Assembly (NCBI GenBank): GCA_009377635.1 | Contig: WHTR01000003.1 | Span: 1-62,095 of the forward strand | Reading direction: 5' to 3' | Length of the DNA: 62,095 nt | Origin: Chloroflexota bacterium | Lineage (GTDB): Bacteria; Chloroflexota; UBA6077; SHYK01 | Shown here: positions 18,628 through 28,859 of the stretch, one piece after another | Layout: each line of letters opens with the position of its first letter | Numbering within the stretch: the stretch's first letter is position 1 | Translations under genes and position numbers: made by a program | The notes under the pieces: model-generated | Databases searched by the model: none | Seen by the model: only the letters and a program-made list of their open reading frames with translations | What the model was told of the DNA's origin: nothing

Positions 18628-19791
18628 TCACGTTGAGCGCGGAAACAGCGCCCGTGCGTTCTCGCTCCGGATCAGCTCCTTGTCGGCCTCAGCGATCCGC
18701 TTGTTGAGCGCCAGCAGCTCGACGTCCTTGAACTTCATCGTACCGCCCGGGTCGTCGTGCGGGTAATCCGTGGCGAACAGAAATCGATCCGCCCCGAAGA
18801 ATTCGATGGCGTCGATCAGCTCCGGCTCTTCAGTCTCGATCGTCCACCAGAAGTTGGTCTTGAAGTAGTGGCTCGGGAGCTGCTTGTTCTTCTCCGCGGC
18901 AACCTCTGGTGGCGCCAATTGAGGACCCCTCGGGCTGAGCACGCGCCGCGACGCCGCGGATGGGCCCTCGTCGTCCCCGTAGTCTACCTGGGGCCGGGCC
19001 TGCTTGTATGCCGCGTCCATGCGCTGCGCCAGCCCCTTGATCGCCCGCGCCCCCATCTCCGCGTGGATGAACGTGAGACGTGGGTAGCGGTCGAGGAGTC
19101 CGCTCGTGATCAGGGCGACGAGGTTCATCTGGGCATCGCGTGGGGAAAAGAAATCCAGCCCATCGATCTGGAAGTTCATGAGATTCACGATGCGGTGGCC
19201 GTGCTGGACGGCGTGGATGTAGATCGGCACGGCCAGCTCGTCGCACTTCCCGAAGAGTGGCCACGCCTCGCGGTGGGTCGCGGTTGGCGTGCCGTAGGGG
19301 TGATCCCACACCGGATAGGTGTGGTCGATGACGACGGCCTTGAATCCCTGCGCGATTGCCCACTCCAGCTCGGCGATGGCGCCGTTCACATCCTGCAAGG
19401 CGACCAGCGCTACCGGGTGGATCGTGTCTGGGTACTCCCGCATGATCCGCAGGAACGCGAGGTTGTAGGAGTGCGCAATGGCGTTCGCGAGCTCCGGCTC
19501 GATGAGGTAGGACCACCAGCCCGTAAACTGCGGGAGCATGACGTGCTGATCGATGCGCTGCTGATGATAGTACTCCATCCGCGCTTCGAGCTTCATGTTG
19601 CCCGGGTAGTGACAACCGGAGCCGGGCGGTGGCAACGGCGTCGCACCCGGTGGGTTCGGGAGGTCGAAGCGTATATCCGTCAGCACCCCGCTGCCGTCGA
19701 CGTCTAGCCGTGGGGCGTGGGCCGCTAGATTGCCGTCGATCGAATCAAAGGCATCCTTGGGCATAAAGTGCGAGTCGCAATCGACGATCAT
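18628..19791 (-). CDS. Amidohydrolase-2 family (LigW/ACMSD-like decarboxylase or hydrolase)
   Basis: DCDSHF, IYIH, HAEMG, FATDYPHDD, ENARALF. Confidence 0.88.
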   Translation of the reverse strand: MIVDCDSHFMPKDAFDSIDGNLAAHAPRLDVDGSGVLTDIRFDLPNPPGATPLPPPGSGCHYPGNMKLEARMEYYHQQRIDQHVMLPQFTGWWSYLIEPELANAIAHSYNLAFLRIMREYPDTIHPVALVALQDVNGAIAELEWAIAQGFKAVVIDHTYPVWDHPYGTPTATHREAWPLFGKCDELAVPIYIHAVQHGHRIVNLMNFQIDGLDFFSPRDAQMNLVALITSGLLDRYPRLTFIHAEMGARAIKGLAQRMDAAYKQARPQVDYGDDEGPSAASRRVLSPRGPQLAPPEVAAEKNKQLPSHYFKTNFWWTIETEEPELIDAIEFFGADRFLFATDYPHDDPGGTMKFKDVELLALNKRIAEADKELIRSENARALFPRST

Positions 19792-20195
19792 GGGGCCCTC
19801 CTCCCATCTGCTATGTCAACTCGTCGCCAGTGGCGATCGCCCGCTGAGGGCGTCTCCTCGATGATCGTCAGGAACAGATAGCATCCGTCAGAAACGGCAC
19901 TCGCCCCAGCATTCCCCACAATCCTCATGGCCCTCAGCCTGACGGACGTCCGCCGTGATGTTGTCCGTATCCGGCAAATGGCTTAGGTCGCCCGTCTCGT
20001 CGAGAACCTGCGGCGTCTGCAACGCCGATAGCTCGCCTGTCGCCGTGCGGGTGCCCGCGGTGACAACCTTGTTCTCTTGCTTGCTCAGCATCCGATCCTC
20101 CAGTTTTTGGCAAGCTAGAATCCGGATCGATGCGCGACTGTTGCGACGAGAAATTGAGAACGAGCGGACGCGGGTCGTGCCGGGTTCGCCCACGA

Positions 20196-20508
20196 CTAGC
20201 CCGGCATCACGGTCATTGCGGGCACCTCCCGATCCACCTTCCAATAGTTATGCCAGTCGATACGAGCAGGCAGCACCACGTCGCTGCGCGCAAACAGGGT
20301 GTCGGTTCGTAACGCATGTGGGTCGCGGATCACCGTGGGCGGATCACGCCCCTCCTGCACGTCCCGAATGGCCCGGAGCAGGACCCGGCGCGCCGCCCTG
20401 CGGCAGCTCCTCGGCGAGCGCCACTGGCTGCCAGTAACGCCGCAGCAGCTCTCCGCCCGGGGTACCCGGGCCGGTCCGCGTCAGCAGCTCGTTCTCCTCC
20501 TTCAGCAC
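20196..20508 (-). pseudogene. LigXa-type Rieske oxygenase reduced to fused N- and C-terminal stubs
   Basis: VLKEENELLTRTGPGTPGGELLRRYWQPVALAEELPQGGAP, then in another frame VLLRAIRDVQEGRDPPTVIRD...WHNYWK...*. Confidence 0.8.
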
Positions 20509-20626
20509 GGCTCCCTTTCTCCTCTCGCGACGTGCTTCGATTCTGACGCCAGTATAACAACGCGGGACGATTGGTTTAGAATCTGCGCACGTCCACCCCA
20601 TGAGTCGTGACGCGGGAGGGTATCTG

Positions 20627-21640
20627 ATGGACTACCGAAAGGCAGAGGCGAAGGACTGGGCTCGCGCCCGAATGCGTGGAGTCACCGACGTGATCATTCC
20701 CAGTTATAGCGCAGACCTGACGCGACTGAATGAGGCTGGTGTTCGCCACGACGTGCGGCGGAACATCGAGCTTGGTTTCTGGGGCGCGCTCCTGGTATCG
20801 GAGGCGGGCACGACCAAGGAAGAGTACCAGCGGTTCATGGAGGTCGCCGTGGACGAGGCGCGCGGCCGCCATCACCTCGTGCTCCACGGCACCTTCGACA
20901 CCGCGGATGACGTGGTGGAGATGGCGCAGTGCGGCGAGCGAGCCGGGGTCTCGGCGCTGCTGCTCGGGTACCCAAACAGCTTCTATCCAAAAGCCCCTCA
21001 GGACGTCTACGACTACACAGCACACATCTGCGAGCGTACCAGCCTGGCCGTCATTCTTTTCGCTGCCTCGCACTGGAACTTCGAGCGGCTCCACCCGAGC
21101 GGCTTTCCGCCGCAGGTGCTGGTGGAGGCGGCGAAGCTCCCCAATGTGGTGGCCATCAAGCACGAGGTCGGGCGGCCCGGCGTAGCCGCGAGCTACGAGT
21201 TCTTCAAGATGGTGAAGGATGCCGGTGTCCTGCTCTCCGACCCGCTGGAGGCGAATTCACCACTGTGGGTCGAGCTGTTCGGCATGCAGTGGATGGGAAC
21301 CAGCAACTACGAGTATTGGGGCGGGAAGGTGCCCGAGTACTTCGCGCTGCTGCACGAGGGCCCGCAGGACAAGGCCATGCAGCTGTACTGGCAGATCCAG
21401 CCTGCCCGCGCGCAGCGAATGGCAGAGCAGAACGCCACCGCCGGGGCCAACTTCATCCATCGCTACCTGTGGAAATACCAGGCCTGGCTGAACGGCTACA
21501 ACGGCGGCCCCTTGCGCCAGCCGGTGATGAAGCTCACCGATGGCCAGATGCGTCGCCTGCGCGATGCGCTGGCCCGCTCGGGCTTGGAACCGGAAAAGGC
21601 GGACTTCGCGGAATTCTTCGTCGGCCGGAATCCCTGCTAA
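20627..21640 (+). CDS. DHDPS/N-acetylneuraminate lyase family (class I aldolase or hydratase-aldolase)
   Basis: NEAGVRHDVRRNIELGFWG, ALLLGYP, NVVAIKHE with a Schiff-base Lys. Confidence 0.8.
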   Translation: MDYRKAEAKDWARARMRGVTDVIIPSYSADLTRLNEAGVRHDVRRNIELGFWGALLVSEAGTTKEEYQRFMEVAVDEARGRHHLVLHGTFDTADDVVEMAQCGERAGVSALLLGYPNSFYPKAPQDVYDYTAHICERTSLAVILFAASHWNFERLHPSGFPPQVLVEAAKLPNVVAIKHEVGRPGVAASYEFFKMVKDAGVLLSDPLEANSPLWVELFGMQWMGTSNYEYWGGKVPEYFALLHEGPQDKAMQLYWQIQPARAQRMAEQNATAGANFIHRYLWKYQAWLNGYNGGPLRQPVMKLTDGQMRRLRDALARSGLEPEKADFAEFFVGRNPC

Positions 21641-21797
21641 ACACGTGGCCAGGGCAGGTGTGGCGAGCGCGCTTGGAGTTCTGGCCACATTTAGCTGATT
21701 CAGCGGCGTCGCCATGGGGGCCCGGCGTTTTGAGGAGTCCTGAAATAGCGGCGCCGCCTGAAAGCCGTTCGCTCGCACAGCAAGCCCGAGTAGGAGC

Positions 21798-22775
21798 ATG
21801 CCGATGCCGCTCTTTATCAATCACGCGGACGTCCAGGCCAGTGTGACCATGGCCGACGCCATCGAGGCGATGGAGGATGCATTCCGCCAGCAGGGTGAAG
21901 GACAGGTGCTGCAACCGCAGCGGACCAACATCCGCGTCGGCGGAGGATTCTTGCGGGTCGGGCCAGCCGTGCTCCAGGGCTCCGGCTGGATGGGCTTCAA
22001 GGCGATGAACCTGAGCCTCGGCGTCGGCGTGCGCTACCTCGTGCTGCTCTACAAAGTGGCCAATGGCGAGCTGGTCGCCATCATGGACGCGCAGCACCTG
22101 ACAACGCTGCGCACCGGCGCCACGAGCGCCGTCGCGACCCGGCGCCTGGCCCGGCTCGAACCGACAGATGTAGCGGTCATTGGCACCGGACCTGAGGCTT
22201 GGGCTCAGCTCGAGGCGATGCACGCGCTCGGCCTGGTCCGCGCGGCGCGCATTCACAGCCGGACCCCGGCCAACCGCGAGCGATTCGCCCGGGAGGCGGG
22301 CCAGATTTTCGACGTGCCCGCCGACGCTTTTGCGACCGCGCGCGAGGCGATCGAGGGCTGTGGCATCGCCGTCGCCGCGGTGAAGTCGAGCGAAACTGTC
22401 CTGCACGGCGACTGGCTCGCAGAGGGCGTCCACGTCAACTCCATCGGCACCGCACGCCCCGATCAGCGAGAGATCGATCCGGCCACCTTCACGCGCAGCG
22501 CGATCGTCGTCGTCGACAGCCGCGAGGCCGTCTTTAGCGAGGCGGGCGACGCCATTCAGGCACAGGGCCTGATCGCGCCGGAGGATGTCCACGAGCTGGC
22601 GGACCTCGTCCTTGGGAAAGCGCCGGCGCGCACGGACGAACAGCAGATCACGCTGTTTAAGTCAGTGGGCACCGCACTGCAAGACGTTGGCCTAGCCGCG
22701 TGCATCTACGAGCGCGCTCGCGATCGCGGCGTTGGGCAAGAGATCGCGGACTTTCCGTACGTTAAGCCAGCGTAG
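21798..22775 (+). CDS. Ornithine cyclodeaminase/mu-crystallin family (alanine dehydrogenase or imine reductase-like)
   Basis: LTTLRTGATSAVAT, IGTGPEA, GVHVNSIG, ITLFKSVGTALQD. Confidence 0.9.
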   Translation: MPMPLFINHADVQASVTMADAIEAMEDAFRQQGEGQVLQPQRTNIRVGGGFLRVGPAVLQGSGWMGFKAMNLSLGVGVRYLVLLYKVANGELVAIMDAQHLTTLRTGATSAVATRRLARLEPTDVAVIGTGPEAWAQLEAMHALGLVRAARIHSRTPANRERFAREAGQIFDVPADAFATAREAIEGCGIAVAAVKSSETVLHGDWLAEGVHVNSIGTARPDQREIDPATFTRSAIVVVDSREAVFSEAGDAIQAQGLIAPEDVHELADLVLGKAPARTDEQQITLFKSVGTALQDVGLAACIYERARDRGVGQEIADFPYVKPA

Positions 22776-22903
22776 CCATAGCGGAGCGGCGTCACCGCGT
22801 CCTCCCTTCATCGTCCGGGCCTCCCTGGCGAAAGCCGATGTTCTCGACCGGCTATCCCAACTCGTACGGGTGATAAGGATGGCCTAGAGGTGCGGACGGA
22901 AAC

Positions 22904-23009
22904 TGTCATCCTGAGGCCGCAGCCGAAGGATCCGTAGCGCCAATGATCGCGGGTGAACGGATCCTTCGCGGAGTTTACCCTCGAGCGGAGCGAAGGGCTC
23001 AGGATGACA
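22904..23009. repeat. Intergenic palindromic (REP/MITE-like) element, copy 1
   Basis: 12-bp terminal inverted repeat TGTCATCCTGAG...CTCAGGATGACA plus inner GAAGGATCCG/CGGATCCTTC; lies between convergent genes. Confidence 0.8.
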
Positions 23010-23030
23010 ACAGCGTTTTCGGCCGTGCCG

Positions 23031-24542
23031 CTAGCGCGCGCTGATGATCAGATCCGACGCCCGCTCGCCGATCATGATGCAGGTGAGGTTCGTGTTAGCG
23101 TGGCTAACCGTTGGCATGATCGACGCGTCCGCCACCCGGAGATTGTCCATCCCGTAGACGCGCAGTTGCTGGTCGACGACGGCCATGGGGTTATCCGCAG
23201 GGGCCATGAGGCACGTCCCGGACCCGTGATGGTAGCTGCCGAAGGTCGAGCGGGCGAAGTGGACCCAGTCCTCCTTTGGACCTGGCTGGAACAGCGCGCC
23301 GTAATAGTCCTTCATCGTGTCGTCCTGGACCAGGTCGATCATGAACTGCATCGCGGTTCGCATCGCTTCGACGTCGTCGGGATGGTCAAGCATCCCGGCC
23401 TCGATGATTGGTAGTTCGTGCGGATCGACGCTTGCCAGCTTCACGCGCCCCCGATTGTGCTGCTCGAGCAGATAGGCCATGACGGGCATCATGCGCTTGA
23501 GGCCGGCAACATCAGTCGGCGGGCGCATCATGATATGGAAGTTGCCGCACGGGAGATCCGGGTCGCTCTTGTAGACTAGCCGGAACCGCGGCACGACCCA
23601 GTCCTCACGGAACTCGGAGGGCCCGTCGAACGTCATCGTGACCCCTGCGTGGTCCTGCAAGTTCTGGCCCACGCCCTCCAGCGCGTTCACCGCCGGGATT
23701 CCGTGCCGCTCCAGCTCCTTGGCAGGTCCAATTCCGGACAACATCAGTATGTGTGGGCTGTGGTAGCAGCCAGCGCTCAGCACGACCTCGGCTCCTGAGA
23801 CGGTCTCGATCTCGCCATCCCGCTCATAGCGCACGCCGGTGACGCGCCGGCCGGACACTTCCAGCCGATGTACCAGTGCCTCGGCAACGATGTGCAGGTT
23901 GGACCGACCGCGGGCCAGCTCAAGGTACGCGACTGTTGTGGATTGCCGGCGGCCGTTCTTGATGTTGTACGGCGCGCCAGCGACCCCAAAGGGCGCCGGA
24001 CCGTTGATGTCTTCGCAACGCGGCAGGCCCATGGCGAACGCGCGCTCGACGAACGCCCGGACCGGATCTGACATGGGCTTGTCCCAGGTGAAGGGACGAA
24101 CGATGTGCAGCGGCCCATCCGCGCCGTGGATGGGGCTCTCGGGATAGTCCTGATCCGACTCGATTCGCTTCATGACCGGCAGCAGCTTTTCGTACGACCA
24201 GTCCGGGTTGCCATGGGCGACCCAGCTATCGAGGTCGTGCTTCGTCGGGCGGAGGATGGACATGACGTTTACGGACGATCCGCCACCCATGATCCGACCG
24301 GCCAGGTTGTAGAAGGTGCTGCCGTCAACGGTGCGCTGGGTTGGGTACATCAATAAATACGGCGATTCGAGGAGCAGACGCGTTTGCTGCCCGGCGTCCG
24401 CGACAATTTCGGGGATCGGCTGGGGATCGTGCCCCGCCTCGAGCAGCAGCACTTGGCGGCGCGGGTCCTCAGAAAGGCGCATCGCCATAGCGCAACCGGC
24501 CGATCCGCCTCCCACGATGATGACGTCGTACTGTTCTGGCAT
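23031..24542 (-). CDS. GMC oxidoreductase (choline dehydrogenase-like)
   Basis: YDVIIVGGGSAG, GRIMGGGSSVN, VGQNLQDH, YHHGSGTC, LRVADASIMP. Confidence 0.92.
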   Translation of the reverse strand: MPEQYDVIIVGGGSAGCAMAMRLSEDPRRQVLLLEAGHDPQPIPEIVADAGQQTRLLLESPYLLMYPTQRTVDGSTFYNLAGRIMGGGSSVNVMSILRPTKHDLDSWVAHGNPDWSYEKLLPVMKRIESDQDYPESPIHGADGPLHIVRPFTWDKPMSDPVRAFVERAFAMGLPRCEDINGPAPFGVAGAPYNIKNGRRQSTTVAYLELARGRSNLHIVAEALVHRLEVSGRRVTGVRYERDGEIETVSGAEVVLSAGCYHSPHILMLSGIGPAKELERHGIPAVNALEGVGQNLQDHAGVTMTFDGPSEFREDWVVPRFRLVYKSDPDLPCGNFHIMMRPPTDVAGLKRMMPVMAYLLEQHNRGRVKLASVDPHELPIIEAGMLDHPDDVEAMRTAMQFMIDLVQDDTMKDYYGALFQPGPKEDWVHFARSTFGSYHHGSGTCLMAPADNPMAVVDQQLRVYGMDNLRVADASIMPTVSHANTNLTCIMIGERASDLIISAR

Positions 24543-24600
24543 CTTCGCGTTCCTACAATTATTCGAGCGCCTGTTCGGGCGATCCCAACTGATCTGCGCG

Positions 24601-25761
24601 CTAGGGCCTGAGCTGGCGGGCGAACTCCCGCAGGTCGCCGGCGAGGGCCTGCGGCTCCTCCAGCGCCGCGAAGTGCCCGCCCGCTGGCATCGGCGTCCAG
24701 CGCACGATGTTGTATACCCGTTCGGCCAAGCTCTTGGGCGGGCGTGTGATCTCGCGGGGAAACACCGCGTGCGCGGTGGGGACGTCGATGCGCTTGCCGC
24801 TCCCCACGAGCTCGCCCGGCGACCATTCTCCATGCCGGCGCGTGTAGTACGGCCAGAATGACGCGCCGATGCAGCCGGTCACCCAGTACAGCATCACGTT
24901 GGTCAATAGCTCATCTTTGGTGAAGCGAGACTCGATCTGTCCGTGGCAGTCGCTCCACTCTCGAAACTTCTCCACGATCCACGCGGCGAGCCCGACGGGG
25001 GAGTCGGTCAACGCGTAGGCCAACGTCTGCGGGCGAGTGCCCTGGATCCACTGGTACCCGATCCCATCCCGCTGCCAGTCGTTCTGGGCCGCGAGATATT
25101 GCCGCTCCTCGTCTGTCGCGTCGGCTGGGGCGGGCCCGGTTGGCCGCACCGTCAACATCGTCAGGTGGATGCCAGAGAGCCGGTCTGGAAAGGCGTACGC
25201 GAGACGCGCGGTGATGGAAGCTCCCCAGTCGCCCCCGGCGGCGAAGAACCAGGGGTACCCCAGTACCTCGGTCATGAGCTCGGCGAACGTTTCTGCCATC
25301 TGGGCGATGCCGAGCCGGGGCTGATTGGGCTGGAATGAGAACGTGTAGCCGGGAAGCGACGGGGCGACCACGGTGAAGGCATCGGCGGGATCACCGCCGA
25401 ACCGCCCTGGATCAGTCAAATGCGGAATGAGCTTGTAAAACTCCCAGATCGAGCCTGGCCAACCGTGGGAGAGGAGCAGCGGCAGCGGCCTGGGTCCGAC
25501 GCCTCGCTGATGGATGAAGTGCAGGGTGCTTCCGCTGATTGGCACGGTGAACTGCTCGAATCCGTTGAGGAGCGCTTCGTGCCGGCGCCAGTCGTACCTC
25601 TCCCGCCAGTAGACGGCGAGCTCCTTGAGGTAGGTGAGGTCCGTCCCGTAATTCCACTCGCCGCCGGGGATTTCGTCGGGCCAACGGGTGCGGGCCAATC
25701 GCTCCTTCAGGTCGATCAGCACGTGCTCGGGAACGTGGACTCGGTATGGACTCGGATTCAT
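24601..25761 (-). CDS. Epoxide hydrolase (EHN domain + alpha/beta hydrolase)
   Basis: HGWPGS, GGDWG nucleophile Asp, GGHFAALEEP. Confidence 0.92.
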   Translation of the reverse strand: MNPSPYRVHVPEHVLIDLKERLARTRWPDEIPGGEWNYGTDLTYLKELAVYWRERYDWRRHEALLNGFEQFTVPISGSTLHFIHQRGVGPRPLPLLLSHGWPGSIWEFYKLIPHLTDPGRFGGDPADAFTVVAPSLPGYTFSFQPNQPRLGIAQMAETFAELMTEVLGYPWFFAAGGDWGASITARLAYAFPDRLSGIHLTMLTVRPTGPAPADATDEERQYLAAQNDWQRDGIGYQWIQGTRPQTLAYALTDSPVGLAAWIVEKFREWSDCHGQIESRFTKDELLTNVMLYWVTGCIGASFWPYYTRRHGEWSPGELVGSGKRIDVPTAHAVFPREITRPPKSLAERVYNIVRWTPMPAGGHFAALEEPQALAGDLREFARQLRP

Positions 25762-25887
25762 AGCGTTCGTCTCTGCGTCTTCCGGTACGGATCGGAGCCT
25801 ACAGGAGATAAGCCCAGAGGGAAAGGGGGCAGACCTGGTCGCCTCTCCCTCTGGGCCCTCTGGGAGAGGCCGGCCTTTTCCGACCGA

Positions 25888-26439
25888 TCATGGCCCGCCG
25901 CAGTCGGTTCGACCCACCCCGTGGCCAGTGGTCGCCTTTCCCGCAACATCAGGACGTGCCTGCCCATCGCGTGAAGCGCTCGACTGTCTGGTGGCGGCGA
26001 CGAGCACTTGGAGACCGTCGCGCAGCTTGTCGAGATCCGATTCTCGCACGTGCGCTACCCATTCCCGCAGATGCTCGGGCCCGTCATGGCGAAGACGCTC
26101 CACGGACTCATCGCCCCGTCCAGTCAACGTGACATTGGTCCGACGTCTGTCGAGTGGATCCTCATCTCGACTGACGAGGCCAAGCTGAACCAGCCGCTCG
26201 ACGAGATAGCTGGCAGCGGGGGCTCCAACTCCGAGGGCGTGGCCGAGGGAGGTGACCGCTAGGGGTCCATGGTCAGCAACCGTCATGAGAGCTTTGAGCT
26301 GCGCCATCGTGACGTCGAGCTGCAGCCATGCCGGTGCGGTAGCGGCGCGGACTGCTCGCAGGATCTCCCGCTCCAGATTGACAACCTCCGCAATCACGCG
26401 CTCGCGCTGCTCGGTCGCCTCGGATTCCGTACTGCGCAT
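25888..26439 (-). CDS. MarR family transcriptional regulator
   Basis: VTMAQLKAL, LVERLVQLGLVSRDEDPLDRRRTNVTLT. Confidence 0.85.
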   Translation of the reverse strand: MRSTESEATEQRERVIAEVVNLEREILRAVRAATAPAWLQLDVTMAQLKALMTVADHGPLAVTSLGHALGVGAPAASYLVERLVQLGLVSRDEDPLDRRRTNVTLTGRGDESVERLRHDGPEHLREWVAHVRESDLDKLRDGLQVLVAATRQSSASRDGQARPDVAGKATTGHGVGRTDCGGP

Positions 26440-26643
26440 ACGACTGCTCCTCAATGGAGCTGAGTCTACGTGAATCAGTTCGAGATCGTCAATTCTTTCG
26501 AGAGGTGGCAACGAACATTGGCTTCGGAATAGAATCACCCGGCCGTGCCACATGTTGGAATGAGCGGGGGTGACGAGAGAAGATCACTGATCCTGTAGCT
26601 TCGAATGTCCTGAATCCATAACCGGGTGAAGGAGGATGGAACA

Positions 26644-27660
26644 ATGCGCTTCCTCGATGCTGATGGCCACATCATGGAGAATTTGGAGCAGATCGGCCGC
26701 TACCTCCACGCCCCGTACCAGGATGGGCGCCTCCCCAGCCTGCCCAGCCTGGACCGCTTTCACGTTCCGACGAACACCCGGGGCCCGCGTCGCGAGGGGA
26801 CGTTCGATCGCACCGTGGACGCCCAGCGTTGGTTGGAGTTCCTGGATAGGACGGAGCTGGAATGCAGTGTGCTCTATCCGACCACCGGGCTCGCGTTCGG
26901 ACAGGTCGTCTATCCAGATTGGGCGATCGCCTACGCCCACGCGTACAACACCTGGCTGCATGAGCACTACGTTACGGTGAGCCCGCGCCTCAAGGGGGTG
27001 GCGCTGATCCCGATGCAGGACGTGCCAAAGGCCGTGCAGGAGCTCAGACGCGCGGTGACGGAGCTGGGCATGGTGGCCGCGATGATCCCCTCCAACGGGC
27101 TTGCGCGCCACGTCAGTCACCGGGAGTACTGGCCCATCTATGAGGAAGCCGAGCGACTCGACGTCGCGCTGGCGGTGCACGGGGGGGCCTATGCGCAACT
27201 CGGGTTCGATTCATTCACGGTATTCCCCGCGACGCGTGCGCTAGGCATGCCATTCCCGCTTGCCATTGCCGCGACGGGGCTCATCGTGGATGGCGTGCTG
27301 GACGCATACCCGAACCTGCGTATCGGATTCCTGGAAGGCGGAACGGATTGGATTCCCATGGTGATCGACCGACTCGAGCGCGAGCGGGAGTACAGCGATC
27401 TCTCCCTCGCCGCGGCGCCTGAGGCGTATTTCCGGTCCGGCCGCATGTTCGTTGGATGCGAGGGGAATGAACGAGGGCTCTCTTACGCGGTCCAGCGGGT
27501 CGGCCCCGAGCCATTCATGTTCTGTTCGGATTTTCCGCACGAGATCAGCATGGACAACTGTATGGAAGAGATCGACGAGATTCTCGAGCGAACCGACCTG
27601 GAACAGGCGGCCAAGACAGCGATCCTAAGCGACAACGCCCGGGCGTTCTACAAGATCTAA
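26644..27660 (+). CDS. Amidohydrolase-2 family protein
   Basis: DADGHIME, VLYPT, LAVHGG, FLEGG, FCSDFPHE. Confidence 0.9.
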   Translation: MRFLDADGHIMENLEQIGRYLHAPYQDGRLPSLPSLDRFHVPTNTRGPRREGTFDRTVDAQRWLEFLDRTELECSVLYPTTGLAFGQVVYPDWAIAYAHAYNTWLHEHYVTVSPRLKGVALIPMQDVPKAVQELRRAVTELGMVAAMIPSNGLARHVSHREYWPIYEEAERLDVALAVHGGAYAQLGFDSFTVFPATRALGMPFPLAIAATGLIVDGVLDAYPNLRIGFLEGGTDWIPMVIDRLEREREYSDLSLAAAPEAYFRSGRMFVGCEGNERGLSYAVQRVGPEPFMFCSDFPHEISMDNCMEEIDEILERTDLEQAAKTAILSDNARAFYKI

Positions 27661-27756
27661 CGCGCCTGAAACACACCCTGAGGGCGGCCGCGCCCGGATA
27701 CAGGCGGCGCCATGTGATGGGCAGGGTGCGATGATCGCCAACCGACTGCGCGCTGT

Positions 27757-28809
27757 TCAGGACGTGCCGTAGAAGCGCTCGGCGTTGCCGTGGAGGATCG
27801 CCTCTTTGTCGGCCTGGCTCAGATCGTTGTGCTCGCGGATCTCACCGATCTCTTCCTTGCAGTAGTCGTTGTTCACCTCGTGGGGGAAATCCGACGAGTA
27901 CACCACCGAACGCGAGCCGGCGACCTTCACAACGTTCGGGAGTGTCGCCTCGCCCCCTTCGCAGCCCAGAAAAATGCGGCCCGCGTCGATGTGCGCGCGA
28001 ATGTAGTCGCTCACCTTCTTGTGCTCTCCGAAGTCGACGAGCTGGCCGCTCGGGTTGTAGTCGAAAAACGTCTCCGAGGAGCGGTCGAAGCGCTCCATCA
28101 CGAACGGCAACCAGCCCACGCCGCCCTCGAGGTAGCCGAAACGAACGTTCGGGAACCGGTCGAAGACGCCGTTGAAGACCATGCCGGCAAAGGAGATGAT
28201 CAGCCCAAAGGGATGGCCCAGCGCGTGGATGGGCACGAAGGCGTTCATCGTGTCCAAGCCCATGCGCATATGGCAGCCGCCATGGATGGCGACGGCGCAG
28301 CCGAGGCGATTGGCCTCCTCGTAGACTGGCCAGTACTCCTTCGACCCGAGGTGAAGCGGGAGGCCGTTCGAGGGCAGCATGACGCCCGGCATCCCCAGCT
28401 CGCCTACGCAGCGGCGCAGCTCTTCGACGGCTGCCTGCGGCTCTTGCAGCGCCAGTAAGCCCATGCCTTTCAGACGCGGCGTCTTGCTCGTGTACATCTC
28501 AGTCAGCCAGTTGTTGTAGCCCCGGGTCGTGGCGACCGCCCAATCCGGGTTGGTGATCTGCCCACAGGCAAGACCCGCGGTCGGGTAGAGGTATGCCTTC
28601 TCGATGCCGATGTCGTCCATGAACTCGACCCACTCACCCGGCCCGACCTGCTGAAATGAGCCTGGGGTGGACTGGCTGCCCAGCGAGTGGAGATGGTCCA
28701 AGGGCGGAAACGCCGGCCGATGCGCGGGGTTGAATGGCATGAATTTGTTCAGGGTCGTGGGGTTTTCAATGACGTGGCCGTCCCCATCGATGATCCGGTC
28801 CAGACTCAT
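27757..28809 (-). CDS. Amidohydrolase-2 family protein, paralog convergent with 26644-27660
   Basis: DGDGHVIE, YLYPT, VAIHGG, YLEGG, YSSDFPHE. Confidence 0.9.
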   Translation of the reverse strand: MSLDRIIDGDGHVIENPTTLNKFMPFNPAHRPAFPPLDHLHSLGSQSTPGSFQQVGPGEWVEFMDDIGIEKAYLYPTAGLACGQITNPDWAVATTRGYNNWLTEMYTSKTPRLKGMGLLALQEPQAAVEELRRCVGELGMPGVMLPSNGLPLHLGSKEYWPVYEEANRLGCAVAIHGGCHMRMGLDTMNAFVPIHALGHPFGLIISFAGMVFNGVFDRFPNVRFGYLEGGVGWLPFVMERFDRSSETFFDYNPSGQLVDFGEHKKVSDYIRAHIDAGRIFLGCEGGEATLPNVVKVAGSRSVVYSSDFPHEVNNDYCKEEIGEIREHNDLSQADKEAILHGNAERFYGTS

Positions 28810-28859
28810 ATTGAATCCTCCCCTTTCCGAATCCAGTGATGACGTATGCGCCGTACGTA

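Noticed and set aside
19888-20091. MLSKQENKVVT... as another Rieske-oxygenase N-terminal stub
   Set aside because: It has an RBS and weak similarity over about 20 residues only, too little to support a call
25812-25856. 11-bp-stem hairpin between marR and the epoxide hydrolase as an intrinsic terminator
   Set aside because: No U-tract and no second copy in the window
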